NCBI GenBank assembly: GCA_013389115.1
Contig: JACADY010000066.1
Coordinates: 17,775 to 81,774 of the forward strand
DNA length: 64,000 nt
Origin: Alphaproteobacteria bacterium
Lineage (GTDB): Bacteria > Pseudomonadota > Alphaproteobacteria > Micropepsales > Micropepsaceae
Reading direction: 5' to 3'
Within the stretch, counting starts at the first letter, position 1; every line of letters begins with the position of its first letter. The position numbers and the translations under genes were made by a program. The notes under the pieces were generated by a model. The model was not told where the DNA came from, did not search any database, and was given only the letters and a program-made list of their open reading frames with translations. Shown here one piece after another: positions 36,247 to 46,140 of this stretch.

Positions 36247-38696
36247 GCGCTTGCGCCCTGCCTTGCCCCCGCCGCGGCAGTGATCGCGTCGCGCAGTCCC
36301 TCATCGCCCGCGAGCAGGCGGTCGAAATCGCGCCGCTTGAGCACAAGAAGATTGGTGAAGGTCTCGGCGATGACATCGGCGTTGCGCGGCTGATCGGTCA
36401 ACAGCGCGACCTCACCGAAAAACTGTCCATCGCCGAGCGCGACGGGCACGGGCTTCAGCATCACCTGCACGCGGCCGGCGGTGATGAAATACATGCTGTC
36501 GCCGCGCTCGCCACGCTTGATGATCGTCTCGCCCGGCGTCACGACGAGAGGGCGCAGCGCATGGCCAAGCGCAATCAACTGCGCCCCGCTCAAATGGAGG
36601 AATAGCGGCACCTTGCTCAGCATGGCGGTTAGGCGCAGGCCGAGGTCGAGCTTTGGCCGGCGCTGCAGGTTGAGGGCGCGGCTGGCGAGATCGGCCTTCA
36701 GATCCTCGAACACTTCCTCGCTGATGAGCGCCTGTGCGCGCTGAGCACGATATTCTGCCTCTTCCAACCCGACGCTCACGCGGTTGAGGAAACGCCGGCG
36801 CAGGAGGTTGGCAAAATCCGGGTACTGAAGATCGAGCGAGGCGATGGCGCCGCGCAATGAATCGGCGCGCTGCTTCAGGCTTTCCTCCATGCGCGCCGCC
36901 ATGTCGCGGCCGATGACGGGGGAGAGCTGAACAGTCACGAAATGGCGCAGGTCATCGATCAGCTTTTCCTTGACGAGGAAAAGTTCGAAGCGGGCCGCGA
37001 TCTGCGATGCGATGGGGGCCTCAAGCCTGAACCGGTGCTGGAGAAAGAGCGCCAGCTTGAAGCGCCAGGAAGGGCGATAGAATTGCTGCCAGGCGCGATC
37101 ATAGCCCGCGATGCCGCCCGTGCGCACGCTTTCAAGCGCGATGCCCGCATGCTCGATCATCGCATCGGCGATGTCGCGATTGATGGTGCCGCGATCCAAA
37201 TAGGTGATGGCCAGTTCAGCCTCGCGATTGGCGAGCGCGAGAAGGCCGACCTGAAGGCGGATCTCCGGCGTCAGAGGCGTACGATCGTCTGATGCCTCGC
37301 TGGGACAGAACTCGGCGATCGCCGCCTGCGAGACAAAGCCGAGCCCCTTGGCCATGCGGCCGACCTCGGCGCTGACGCGGGTGCGCGAGATGCGCGTGAC
37401 GTGATCGCGGATCAGCTTTTCCTGCGGGTCAAGGACATTGAGGCGCAGCGCCCGCATCAGGGGCCGCAAGGTCGGCGCATTGATGAGCAGCGTCGAGAGG
37501 ACATAGCCGACCGCAAGGACGAGGATGAAGCGCCTTGTCTCCACATCGAGCGCCTCGTTGTCGCTCAAGGAAAGCGCCAGCGCGACCGTCACCGCGCCGC
37601 GCATCGCGCCCCACAGGAGGACGAGCTTGTAGCGGGTTTCGACGGGCCCTGCGATCCCCATCCTATTCAAGAGCGGCATCAGCAGAAAAAGGATGGCCGC
37701 GCGCGTGAGGAGCGCTGACACATATAGCGCGAGGAGGGCGAGCGCGTTCTCGGCCGTCATGTCCTTCAGCGCATCGGGCGCGACCATGGCCGCGAACACG
37801 AAAATGAGCGTCGAGGCCCAAAAGTCCAGCTGGCGCCAGATGGCGTTCAAGGATTCCCAGGTGCCAGGCGAGACGCGGGTGCGTGCCTCGGCGGCGAAGG
37901 TGATGGCGGCGACGACGACCGCGATGATGCCGGAAACCTCCAGATATTTGTCGGCGACGACGAAGGTGAGATAGCTCAAGACGAGCGTGAGTGTGATCTC
38001 GGTCAAGGCAGCGCCGCGCAACAGCGGCACGAGCCATGCCGCGCCCATGGCCGCAAGCCCGCCGAACACCGCGCCTCCGACAAGTCCCCAGATGAAGGAC
38101 AATGTGCCGGCAATAAAATCCGGCTCTGTCCCTTGCATCGCCATGTCGAGCAAGAGCACGAAAAGGGCGATGGCGGCGGCATCGTTGAAGAGGCTTTCAC
38201 CCTCCACGATCGTCGAGAGGCGGCGGGGCGCCCCGATATCCCTGAAGATGCTGAGGACGGCGGCGGTGTCGGTGGTGGCAACGATGGCGCCGAGCAGCAG
38301 GCACACCGTCAGCCCCATCGCGCTGACTAGGTGGACCGAAAAGCCAACCGCCAAGGTGCAGGCCATGACCGCGACAACCGCGAGCAACGTGATGGGCGCA
38401 ATCTCATCGATGAGGCGGCGCACATCGACGGAGAGCCCGCCTGCAAAGAGCAGCGGCGGCAACAGCCCATAGATGAGGACGTCGGAGGAGACATGGAAAC
38501 GCGACAGCGCCCGCAAGAGATCGCCCGCCGCGCCGGGCAGCGTGATCCCCGCTTGCAGCAAAATCCCCAGCACCGCGCCAAAAAGCGCAAGGAGGACAGT
38601 ATAGGGGAGATAGAGCCGGCGGGAGGTTGGGACGAGCAGGCTCGCCAAGCCCAGCAATGCCGAAAGGCCGAATACGGCCAGGACAAATCCATCCAT
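36225..38696 (-). CDS. Na+/H+ (CPA1) antiporter fused to a C-terminal cyclic-nucleotide-binding domain
   Basis: 823 aa. About 12 TM N-terminal half, long helical linker, cNMP-binding signature GQFFGEVALLTDQPRNADV. Confidence 0.85.
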   Translation of the reverse strand: MDGFVLAVFGLSALLGLASLLVPTSRRLYLPYTVLLALFGAVLGILLQAGITLPGAAGDLLRALSRFHVSSDVLIYGLLPPLLFAGGLSVDVRRLIDEIAPITLLAVVAVMACTLAVGFSVHLVSAMGLTVCLLLGAIVATTDTAAVLSIFRDIGAPRRLSTIVEGESLFNDAAAIALFVLLLDMAMQGTEPDFIAGTLSFIWGLVGGAVFGGLAAMGAAWLVPLLRGAALTEITLTLVLSYLTFVVADKYLEVSGIIAVVVAAITFAAEARTRVSPGTWESLNAIWRQLDFWASTLIFVFAAMVAPDALKDMTAENALALLALYVSALLTRAAILFLLMPLLNRMGIAGPVETRYKLVLLWGAMRGAVTVALALSLSDNEALDVETRRFILVLAVGYVLSTLLINAPTLRPLMRALRLNVLDPQEKLIRDHVTRISRTRVSAEVGRMAKGLGFVSQAAIAEFCPSEASDDRTPLTPEIRLQVGLLALANREAELAITYLDRGTINRDIADAMIEHAGIALESVRTGGIAGYDRAWQQFYRPSWRFKLALFLQHRFRLEAPIASQIAARFELFLVKEKLIDDLRHFVTVQLSPVIGRDMAARMEESLKQRADSLRGAIASLDLQYPDFANLLRRRFLNRVSVGLEEAEYRAQRAQALISEEVFEDLKADLASRALNLQRRPKLDLGLRLTAMLSKVPLFLHLSGAQLIALGHALRPLVVTPGETIIKRGERGDSMYFITAGRVQVMLKPVPVALGDGQFFGEVALLTDQPRNADVIAETFTNLLVLKRRDFDRLLAGDEGLRDAITAAAGARQGASAQPAVNA

Positions 38697-38756
38697 TCTT
38701 ATTCGTTCCGCGATCCCTTTCGCACACTATCCCGCATCGCCGTGCGTTCGGCTATA

Positions 38757-38776
38757 GTGATCCCATCGAGGATCAC
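38757..38776. promoter_or_regulatory. Inverted repeat GTGATCC-N6-GGATCAC just upstream of the MFS gene
   Basis: Perfect 7-bp arms. Overlaps a TATAGT hexamer (38753-38758) and ends 12 nt before ATG 38789. Confidence 0.3.
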
Positions 38777-38788
38777 GAACCGGCTCCC

Positions 38789-40093
38789 ATGAATCCGCCC
38801 GACACATCACCACCCCGGACCGAGGAGGTTCGGGGCCCCGTCCTTGCACCCCTTAGCCATGCCGAACCCGCGCGCTCGCGGGCGCAGCTCGACCTTAACT
38901 GGTATGTGGCGGGGATGGCCTCCTATTTCGCGGCGGCGGGGGCGCAGAGCGTGCTCTTCGCCTGGCTCATCACAATCCCCTTGGGTAAACCCGCCGACGC
39001 GGTCGGGTTTGCCCAGATGATGATCATGCTGCCCCTGCCGCTATTCATCCTTCTTGGCGGGGCGGTGGCCGACAGGCGGGAGCTGCGCGACCATTTCATC
39101 AAGATGCAGGCCCTGATGTTCGTGCCGACGGTTTATCTCATCGGGCTCATCCTCCTTGACCTTGTCAGCTATGAGGCGCTCATCGTCTATGCGCTCGGCC
39201 TAGGCACCGCCGCTGCCTTCACCATGCCCGTGCGGGATGCCGCCCTGCCGGCCATCGCGGCGGCGTCGGGTGCGGACCTCTCGCACGCGGTTGCGCTTTC
39301 GACGGGGCTGCAATTCGGCGGGCAGATCGCCGGCCTTCTGATCGCGGGACTTGCCACCTGGGTGGGGCCGCTGCCGATCCTTGGCTTTGTCTTTGCCGGG
39401 TTCGCCTTTGCCGTCTACACCGCGACGCGCCTGCAGGTGCAGCCGCCCGTGCGGGCGCGCTCGCCCCTTTCGGTTGCAGCCATCCTCGGGGAGGTGCGCG
39501 AGGGCATTCTTGAAACGGTGATGCATCCGCAAATCCGGCCCGTCAGCCTTTTGATGCTGGGCATGAGCGTTCTCTTCATGGGCGGGTTCATGGTGATCCT
39601 GCCCATCATGAGCCGCGACATCTATGGCGGCGGCTCAATGAAGCTTGCGATGACGAATGTGTCGTTCATGGCCGGGGTCGCGATCGCCACCGCCCTCTTG
39701 ATGACGCGCCCGCCGGTGACGCGGCCGGGGCGCGCGATGCTGCTCGCGCTGCTGGTCACTTTCGGCGCGCTCTCTGTGATGCATCTCGCGCCGCCGCAAT
39801 GGCTGCACTATAGCGCCATCCTCGTTTGGGGACTGGCGGCGGGGGTGTCGATGACCATGAGCCGGGCGATCGTGCAGGCGGCCGCGACCCCCAGCCACCG
39901 GGCGCGGATGATCTCGGTCTATCAGCTCGCCATGATGGGCGGCTCACCGCTCGGCGCCTTCCTCATCGGCCTCATCGTGGCACGGATCGGCGTGCTCGAT
40001 GCGATCCTAGTCATGATCGGCCTTGGCGTAGCGCTTTGGCTGGCGATGTTCTTCTTTTCATCGCTCTGGACGATGGCACGGGAGGGGGGCTAA
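38789..40093 (+). CDS. MFS transporter
   Basis: 434 aa with about 12 hydrophobic segments. Start set at ATG 38789 (MNPPDTSPP...). Confidence 0.8.
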   Translation: MNPPDTSPPRTEEVRGPVLAPLSHAEPARSRAQLDLNWYVAGMASYFAAAGAQSVLFAWLITIPLGKPADAVGFAQMMIMLPLPLFILLGGAVADRRELRDHFIKMQALMFVPTVYLIGLILLDLVSYEALIVYALGLGTAAAFTMPVRDAALPAIAAASGADLSHAVALSTGLQFGGQIAGLLIAGLATWVGPLPILGFVFAGFAFAVYTATRLQVQPPVRARSPLSVAAILGEVREGILETVMHPQIRPVSLLMLGMSVLFMGGFMVILPIMSRDIYGGGSMKLAMTNVSFMAGVAIATALLMTRPPVTRPGRAMLLALLVTFGALSVMHLAPPQWLHYSAILVWGLAAGVSMTMSRAIVQAAATPSHRARMISVYQLAMMGGSPLGAFLIGLIVARIGVLDAILVMIGLGVALWLAMFFFSSLWTMAREGG

Positions 40094-40117
40094 GGGCGCA
40101 TTCAGTTGGGGGCGCTC

Positions 40118-40163
40118 CCTCACCCTTCGAGGGCCGCGAAGTGCGGCGCCTACAAGGGTAAGG
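40118..40163. repeat. REP-like element copy
   Basis: CCTCACCCTTCGAGGGCCGCGAAGTGCGGCGCCTACAAGGGTAAGG is homologous to 12756-12800 and 31410-31451. Confidence 0.75.
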
Positions 40164-40238
40164 TCTTATGCAACACGCCTCATCCCGAGGTGCCAGCCCA
40201 TCGCCAGCCGGTTCGCGCCCTTGGCTTGCCCCGACTCA

Positions 40239-41144
40239 TCACGAATATGGCCGCTCCTGCCACCAGGGAAAGAAATCCGGCATGTCGCTGGAGACCTTGT
40301 CGGGATAATGGGGTTGGCGCTTTTCGAGGAACGACATCACGCCTTCCTTCGCGTCCGCCTGCTGGCCGCGCGCATAGACGCCGCGGCTGTCGACCTTGTG
40401 CGCCTCCATCGGGTGGTCCGCGCCCAGCATCCGCCACAGCATCTGGCGGGTCAGGGCGACCGAAACGGGGGCGGTGTTGTCGGCGATCTCGCGGGCGATC
40501 TCCATCGCTTTGGGCAGCAACGCGTCGGGCTTGACGAGGTGGGTCACGAGGCGGCGCTCATAGGCCTCCCTCGCGTCGAAGACCCGGCCTGAATAGCACC
40601 ACTCCGCCGCCGTCGCGATGCCAACGATGCGCGGGAGGAACCAGGACGAACAGGCCTCCGGCACGATGCCGCGGCGGGCAAAGACGAAACCGAATTTCGC
40701 ATTCTCAGAGGCGATGCGGATGTCCATCGGCAGCTGCATGGTGATGCCAACCCCGACGGCCGGTCCGTTCACCGCCGCGATCACCGGCTTCAGGCATTCG
40801 AAGATCTTCAGGCTGACGAGACCGCCGCCATCGCGGATCGCGGGGTTCGACCAGTCGATCTCCCCTCCCCGCCTGACACCCTGGCGGTCCGGGCGGTCGT
40901 CACGCGCCTCGTAGTCGAAGGTCTTTGCGCCCGCGGAGAGATCGGCGCCCGCGCAGAAGGCCCGCCCCGCCCCCGTCACGATCACGCAGCGCACGGCGTC
41001 ATCCTTGTTTACGCGGTCGAAGGCATCGATCAGCTCATTCATCATCGTGCCCGTGAAGGCGTTGAGCTTGTCCGGCCGGTTCAACGTGATGGTCGCGATG
41101 CCTTCTTCCACGGCATAGAGAATGTGCTCGTATGGTTTTGTCAT
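40239..41144 (-). CDS. Enoyl-CoA hydratase/isomerase (crotonase) family protein
   Basis: Start set at ATG 41144 (MTKPYEHILYAVEEGIATITLNRPDKLNAF...). Oxyanion-hole region VIVTGAGRAFCAGADL. Confidence 0.88.
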   Translation of the reverse strand: MTKPYEHILYAVEEGIATITLNRPDKLNAFTGTMMNELIDAFDRVNKDDAVRCVIVTGAGRAFCAGADLSAGAKTFDYEARDDRPDRQGVRRGGEIDWSNPAIRDGGGLVSLKIFECLKPVIAAVNGPAVGVGITMQLPMDIRIASENAKFGFVFARRGIVPEACSSWFLPRIVGIATAAEWCYSGRVFDAREAYERRLVTHLVKPDALLPKAMEIAREIADNTAPVSVALTRQMLWRMLGADHPMEAHKVDSRGVYARGQQADAKEGVMSFLEKRQPHYPDKVSSDMPDFFPWWQERPYS

Positions 41145-41293
41145 CCTTGCGCTTCCTTCTTGTTTTCCATTGCTCGATGCCGACAGATTAGATGAACCTT
41201 CGCGCACATCCATCCCCTTCGCGCGACTTTACGCAGCGCTGGCGCTCCCCTATCTCTGAAGCAAACACAATGAGAGGGAGCGGGAGGAAGAAG

Positions 41294-42835
41294 ATGCATC
41301 ACCCAAGCGTTCACGCACGCACGACGCCCGACAAGCCTGCCTTCATCATGGCGGAAAGCGGCGAGGCCGTTACCTATCGTCAACTCGACGCGCGCTCGAA
41401 CCAGGCGGCGCACTTATTCCGCCGGCTCGGCCTCAAGACGGGCGATGGCATCGCCATCATGATGGAGAACAATTCGCGCTTTTTTGAAATCTGCTGGGGC
41501 GCGCAGCGATCCGGCCTATACTATACGTGCCTCTCTTCGCGCCTGACGGCGGGCGAAGCCGCCTATATCATCAAGGATTGCGGCGCCAAGGCGTTCATCA
41601 CATCCGAGGCGCTCGGCGCGACGGCGCGGGAACTCGCGCCGCTCATTCCTCATATCGCGCTCTATATGGTGGGTGAGGCGAGCTTGCCCTTCCAATCCTG
41701 GTCAAAGGCGACGGGCGCCATGCCCGCCACGCCCATCGCGGATGAGGCCTCGGGCGCGGACATGCTCTATTCCTCCGGTACGACCGGACGGCCCAAAGGC
41801 GTCAAGGTGCCGCTTTCGGGAGTTCCCATCACCGAGGGCGGCTCTCTGGTCACGCTCGCAAGCGTGCTTTTCGGCGCCAATCAAGACACGGTCTATCTCT
41901 CGCCCGCGCCCCTCTATCATGCGGCGCCCTTGCGCTACACCATGGCGATCCAGCGCCTTGGCGGCACCTGCATCATCATGGAGCATTTCGATGCCGAGCG
42001 GGCGCTCGCCCTCATTGCACGCCACAAGGTGACGTTGAGCCAATGGGTGCCGACCATGTTCGTCCGTATGCTGAAGCTTCCCGAGCGCGTGCGCACCCAG
42101 TATGACCTCTCCTCGCACAAGGTGGCGATCCATGCTGCCGCGCCCTGCCCTATCGAGGTCAAACGCCAGATGATCGCATGGTGGGGGCCGATCCTGCACG
42201 AATACTATGCGGGCACGGAGGGCAACGGGTTCGTCTATACGAACGCGCAGGATTGGCTTACCCATCCCGGCACGGTCGGCCGCGCGGTGCTGGGCGAAAT
42301 CCATATCTGCGATGAGAACGGCAGGGACGTTCCCTTGGGCGAGGAAGGCACAATCTACTTCGCCAACGGCCCCCAATTCGAATATCACAACGATCCCGGC
42401 AAGACGAAGGAGAGCCGCAACGCCAATGGCTGGTCGACGCTGGGCGATGTCGGGCGGCTCGATGCGGACGGGTTCCTCTACCTCACCGACCGCAAGGCGT
42501 TCATGATCATTTCGGGCGGGGTCAATATCTACCCGCAGGATGCGGAAAACCTTCTCATCAATCACCCCAAGGTGGCGGATGTCGCTGTGATCGGCGTGCC
42601 AAACGAGGAATTCGGCGAAGAGGTGAAGGCTGTCGTGCAGCCCATGCACTGGGAGGATGTGGGGCAGGCGCTCGCGGATGAGCTCATGGCCTATTGCCGT
42701 GAGAATTTGTCAGCGATCAAATGTCCGCGTAGCATCGACTTTGAACAGGAACTTCCGCGGCATCCGACGGGCAAGCTCTATAAGCGCCTGATCCGCGACC
42801 GCTATTGGGGTAAACGTGACAGCCGGATCGTCTGA
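41294..42835 (+). CDS. Acyl-CoA synthetase (AMP-forming)
   Basis: AMP-binding motif YSSGTTGRPKGV, ...EYYAGTEG..., C-terminal GKLYKRLIRDRYW. SD GGGAGGAAG lies upstream of ATG 41294. Confidence 0.9.
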   Translation: MHHPSVHARTTPDKPAFIMAESGEAVTYRQLDARSNQAAHLFRRLGLKTGDGIAIMMENNSRFFEICWGAQRSGLYYTCLSSRLTAGEAAYIIKDCGAKAFITSEALGATARELAPLIPHIALYMVGEASLPFQSWSKATGAMPATPIADEASGADMLYSSGTTGRPKGVKVPLSGVPITEGGSLVTLASVLFGANQDTVYLSPAPLYHAAPLRYTMAIQRLGGTCIIMEHFDAERALALIARHKVTLSQWVPTMFVRMLKLPERVRTQYDLSSHKVAIHAAAPCPIEVKRQMIAWWGPILHEYYAGTEGNGFVYTNAQDWLTHPGTVGRAVLGEIHICDENGRDVPLGEEGTIYFANGPQFEYHNDPGKTKESRNANGWSTLGDVGRLDADGFLYLTDRKAFMIISGGVNIYPQDAENLLINHPKVADVAVIGVPNEEFGEEVKAVVQPMHWEDVGQALADELMAYCRENLSAIKCPRSIDFEQELPRHPTGKLYKRLIRDRYWGKRDSRIV

Positions 42836-43568
42836 CAAACCCGCGCCGCTCATCTTCCCACGCACCGCCGATGGCCTGCTCGTGCGGGAGAGCTTCACGC
42901 CGGAGCGCATCGCGCAGTGGCAGGCCGAAGCGGCGAGACTGAACGATGGCATGCCCTTCCTCAGCCATGAGGAGCGGGAGGCATCGCGGGCCTCCCATTT
43001 CGCGGACCATCCCCCGGGCAAGGATGTCTGGGTGTTCGGCTATGGTTCGCTCATGTGGAATCCGGCGATCCATGTGGAAGAGAGCCGCATGGCCACCTTG
43101 CAGGGCTATTCGCGCTCGTTCTGCCTGCTTCTGAAGATGGGGCGCGGTTCGCCGGAAAATCCCGGGCTCATGCTCGCCATCGATGAGGGCGGCGCTTGCA
43201 CGGGCATCGCGCACCGGATCGCCAGCGAGCGCGTCGAGAGCGAAACCAACATCCTGTGGATGCGCGAGATGCTCTCGGGCGCCTATATTCCGCGCTGGGT
43301 CGAGCTTGAGGTCGAAGGAGAACGGCAGCGCGCCTTCACCTTCATCATCAATCGCGCCCATCCGCGCTATACGGGCCATCTGCCGATCGAGCAGGTGGCG
43401 CGGCAGATCGCGCATGCCGAGGGCGTGCTCGGCAAGAACAGCGACTATCTCTTCCGCACGATGGGCGAACTCGAGCGGCTTGGCGTTCATGATGCGCCGA
43501 TCGCCGAAATCCATGCGCGCGTGCGGGCGCTGACAGCGGATCAACAAGCAGCACAGGAAGGAAACTAG
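42816..43568 (+). CDS. chaC: ChaC-family gamma-glutamylcyclotransferase
   Basis: VWVFGYGSLMWNP, ...GYSRSFCL..., ...LWMREM... align along the whole length with E. coli ChaC, including its N-terminal extension. GTG start overlaps the synthetase end by 20 nt. Confidence 0.85.
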   Translation: MTAGSSDKPAPLIFPRTADGLLVRESFTPERIAQWQAEAARLNDGMPFLSHEEREASRASHFADHPPGKDVWVFGYGSLMWNPAIHVEESRMATLQGYSRSFCLLLKMGRGSPENPGLMLAIDEGGACTGIAHRIASERVESETNILWMREMLSGAYIPRWVELEVEGERQRAFTFIINRAHPRYTGHLPIEQVARQIAHAEGVLGKNSDYLFRTMGELERLGVHDAPIAEIHARVRALTADQQAAQEGN

Positions 43569-43571
43569 ACG

Positions 43572-44027
43572 ATGGTGAAAACCGTCAATTTCTCCGACAT
43601 CACCAGCATGGTCGGCCAAGAAACCGGCGTCTCGGAATGGGTGAGAATCGACCAGGCGCGGATCAACCAATTCGCCGAGGCCACGGGCGATCATCAATGG
43701 ATCCATGTCGACACGTCGCGCGCGGCAAAGGAGTTGCCGGGCGGCAAAACCATCGCGCATGGCTATCTCACACTGTCTTTGATCCCGATGCTCTCGGCGC
43801 AGATCATGCGCATCGACGGCGTCAGCCGCGGCATCAACTATGGCTCGAACAAGGTGCGCTTCACGAACATGGTGCCGGTGGATAGCCGCGTGCGGGCGCG
43901 ACAGAAACTCATATCCGCCGAACCGAAGGCGGGCGGATTGCAGCTCACGAATGAGGTGACGATCGAAATCGAAGGCATGGAGAAGCCGGCCTGCATCGCC
44001 GAAACGATCAGCGTGGTGTTTCCCTGA
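43572..44027 (+). CDS. MaoC-like (R-specific enoyl-CoA) dehydratase
   Basis: 151 aa hot-dog fold. ...FAEATGDHQWIHVD...AHGYLTLSL... is the MaoC signature. Confidence 0.88.
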   Translation: MVKTVNFSDITSMVGQETGVSEWVRIDQARINQFAEATGDHQWIHVDTSRAAKELPGGKTIAHGYLTLSLIPMLSAQIMRIDGVSRGINYGSNKVRFTNMVPVDSRVRARQKLISAEPKAGGLQLTNEVTIEIEGMEKPACIAETISVVFP

Positions 44028-44042
44028 AGGCGGGCGGCGGCG

Positions 44043-44112
44043 CCCTTCGAGGGCCGCGAAGGACGAGGCTGAGGGACAAAGTGGATGGACCGGTTCCCGC
44101 CTTCGCGGGCCG
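44043..44112. repeat. REP-like partial copies
   Basis: CCCTTCGAGGGCCGCGAAGG (44043-44062) plus GTGGATGGACCGGTTCCCGCCTTCGCGGGCCG. The latter is related to 17808-17830 and 47031-47055. Confidence 0.7.
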
Positions 44113-44116
44113 CGCA

Positions 44117-46078
44117 TCAGTGATGCCCGGGCTCGCGGATCACGATCCGCTTGGCGCCGGGCTCGCGCGCCGAAAAGCGGGCAAAGCGGTTCTGCGCATC
44201 GACGCGGCTCACCATTCCTTCCGCCTCGATGACGAAGCCGCGCGGATATTGCCGGCGAGGCACGAATATCTCGGTCGGCTCCAACACGTTCGGATCGGCA
44301 TCGAATGCGAAGGTGAAAACCTTCGTCTCGCGGTTGAAATGCATCTCGCGCGGCACGCCCTGGCAGGCGCGCACCCAGGGGCGCACGATGCCGTCAAGCG
44401 CGCGGCCGCCAGAATCCGGGTCCTTGCCGTCCGTGTGCTGATCAATACTGAAGATCGAGAGATCTTCCTGGTTCCAGCCATCGCCGATGGCGGGGTCGTT
44501 TCTGTTCGTGGCGGTGTAGTTCCACAAGGTCCAGTGCAACATCAGCGCGTCCATCGCGTCGAGCTGAAGGCCAAGCGCGGTCGCGTGCCTTGCCCAGGGC
44601 GCCTGCCCCCGATCGCCCGCCGCCCAGGCCGCATAGGCGGCGCCCGCATCCAGGTCGAAGGGAATGCCGAACTCGCCCACAAGGGTCGGCGCGCCGCCTG
44701 GCAATGTCGCGCTCGCCTCCTTCAGCCGCGCGAGCTGCTTGACATACATGTCGCGAATTGCTTCCGCGCCTTCAATCATGCGCCCCTCATGGAGATCGAA
44801 CATCTCCGGGTACATGAACGTCTTCGTCGTCAAGGTGACGACGTCATACCAGTGGCTCGCATTCACGGTCGCGGGCGGCATGCCGGGGGGAAAGCCGCGC
44901 ACGCCCTTGAAGGCGTCGAACTCGGCAAAGATCATCCAGGTGGGATTGACGGCGCGTATCGTCTCGGCCACGCGCCGGAAAAAGGGCAGCATGTGGTCGG
45001 CTTCGTGATGCACGTCGCGGGTGAAGAATTCCTCATCCAGCGCCGTCACCTTGTCCCCTTCGCGGGCATAGGCGCCAGCAAGCGCAAAGGGGCATTTTAC
45101 GCCGTCGCGCCAGATGCGGATGCAAGCCTCATTGACGCGGGCGCTGCCTTTCTTGCGCATCGCCATCACCTCAAGATCGAAGCCCATTTCCGGAATTTCT
45201 CGCGTTACGCCATCGGCGACGAGCAACGCATCGAGCGGTGACCAGGCCGGGCCTAGCGGCACGGGCTGAGGATTGGCGTTGCTGGGCTTCATGTGCTGGT
45301 CGCTCATCGGGCGGCCAATGAAGCCGGAGCCCGGCTCGTTCAACGTGTCGAAGCCGAGCACATGGGAGAAGCCCGCAACACGCTCCGCAACGGCGCGCAT
45401 GGCACCGAGATAATGGCTTTGCAGAAAATCCTGAACATTCCGTCCGCGGACCATCATGGCGGGCGTGAATCGCGCGCCCGCAAAGAACAACGTCCAAATG
45501 ATCCCGTTCACGGGGAGGCGATAGTTGCGGGTCCAGCTCATGGTGGGATAGCGGTCTTCCTGCCGCCCGCCCTGCGCATAGTCATAGCGATGCTGCATGA
45601 CATGCGCCGCGCCGCTTGCATCAAAGCGGGTCATGTCGAGCCCCAATTCGTCGAAGATCCAGCCGGGCGCGCCGTCGCCGCCCGTCATGCGGCTCCACAC
45701 ATCCTGGTGAAAATCGATGAAGACGTAGAAGCCATGCTCGCCGGCCTTGCGCACGACCTCCTGAAAATAGTCGAGATAGGCCTCGTCGTACTGGCCGGGG
45801 CCTGCATGCTCGACGGCCTCCCATGTCGTCAGGAGACGCAAGCAGGTGAAGCCCCAATGCGCCAGGCGGCCCAGATGCGCATCCGCCTCGTTCAGGGGAA
45901 AGGGGCGGCCGATGAAGCTGACCTCGCAGTGATCGGTGAAGTCGCTTGGAAAATTCGTGCCGCCATCGGGGTAAGGGACCTTGCAATCGCCGCCCAGATT
46001 GACCCCGCGCAGGAGCACGCGCCGCCCACCGGGCTCCTTGAACCAGTGTCCCTCAAAAGTCAGGCGGGGCAGCGTCAT
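44117..46078 (-). CDS. Glycoside hydrolase family 5-like protein (653 aa)
   Basis: N-terminal (beta/alpha)8 region with ...GFTCLRLLTTWEAVEH... and ...FIDFHQDVWS... (GH5 endoglycoceramidase-like). Long C-terminal extension. Confidence 0.7.
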   Translation of the reverse strand: MTLPRLTFEGHWFKEPGGRRVLLRGVNLGGDCKVPYPDGGTNFPSDFTDHCEVSFIGRPFPLNEADAHLGRLAHWGFTCLRLLTTWEAVEHAGPGQYDEAYLDYFQEVVRKAGEHGFYVFIDFHQDVWSRMTGGDGAPGWIFDELGLDMTRFDASGAAHVMQHRYDYAQGGRQEDRYPTMSWTRNYRLPVNGIIWTLFFAGARFTPAMMVRGRNVQDFLQSHYLGAMRAVAERVAGFSHVLGFDTLNEPGSGFIGRPMSDQHMKPSNANPQPVPLGPAWSPLDALLVADGVTREIPEMGFDLEVMAMRKKGSARVNEACIRIWRDGVKCPFALAGAYAREGDKVTALDEEFFTRDVHHEADHMLPFFRRVAETIRAVNPTWMIFAEFDAFKGVRGFPPGMPPATVNASHWYDVVTLTTKTFMYPEMFDLHEGRMIEGAEAIRDMYVKQLARLKEASATLPGGAPTLVGEFGIPFDLDAGAAYAAWAAGDRGQAPWARHATALGLQLDAMDALMLHWTLWNYTATNRNDPAIGDGWNQEDLSIFSIDQHTDGKDPDSGGRALDGIVRPWVRACQGVPREMHFNRETKVFTFAFDADPNVLEPTEIFVPRRQYPRGFVIEAEGMVSRVDAQNRFARFSAREPGAKRIVIREPGHH

Positions 46079-46140
46079 GCGCGGTTTCCTCTTCTCGTTT
46101 TCTTCCTTGGCGTCTTCCTAGCATTTTCACACTTGGCCCT

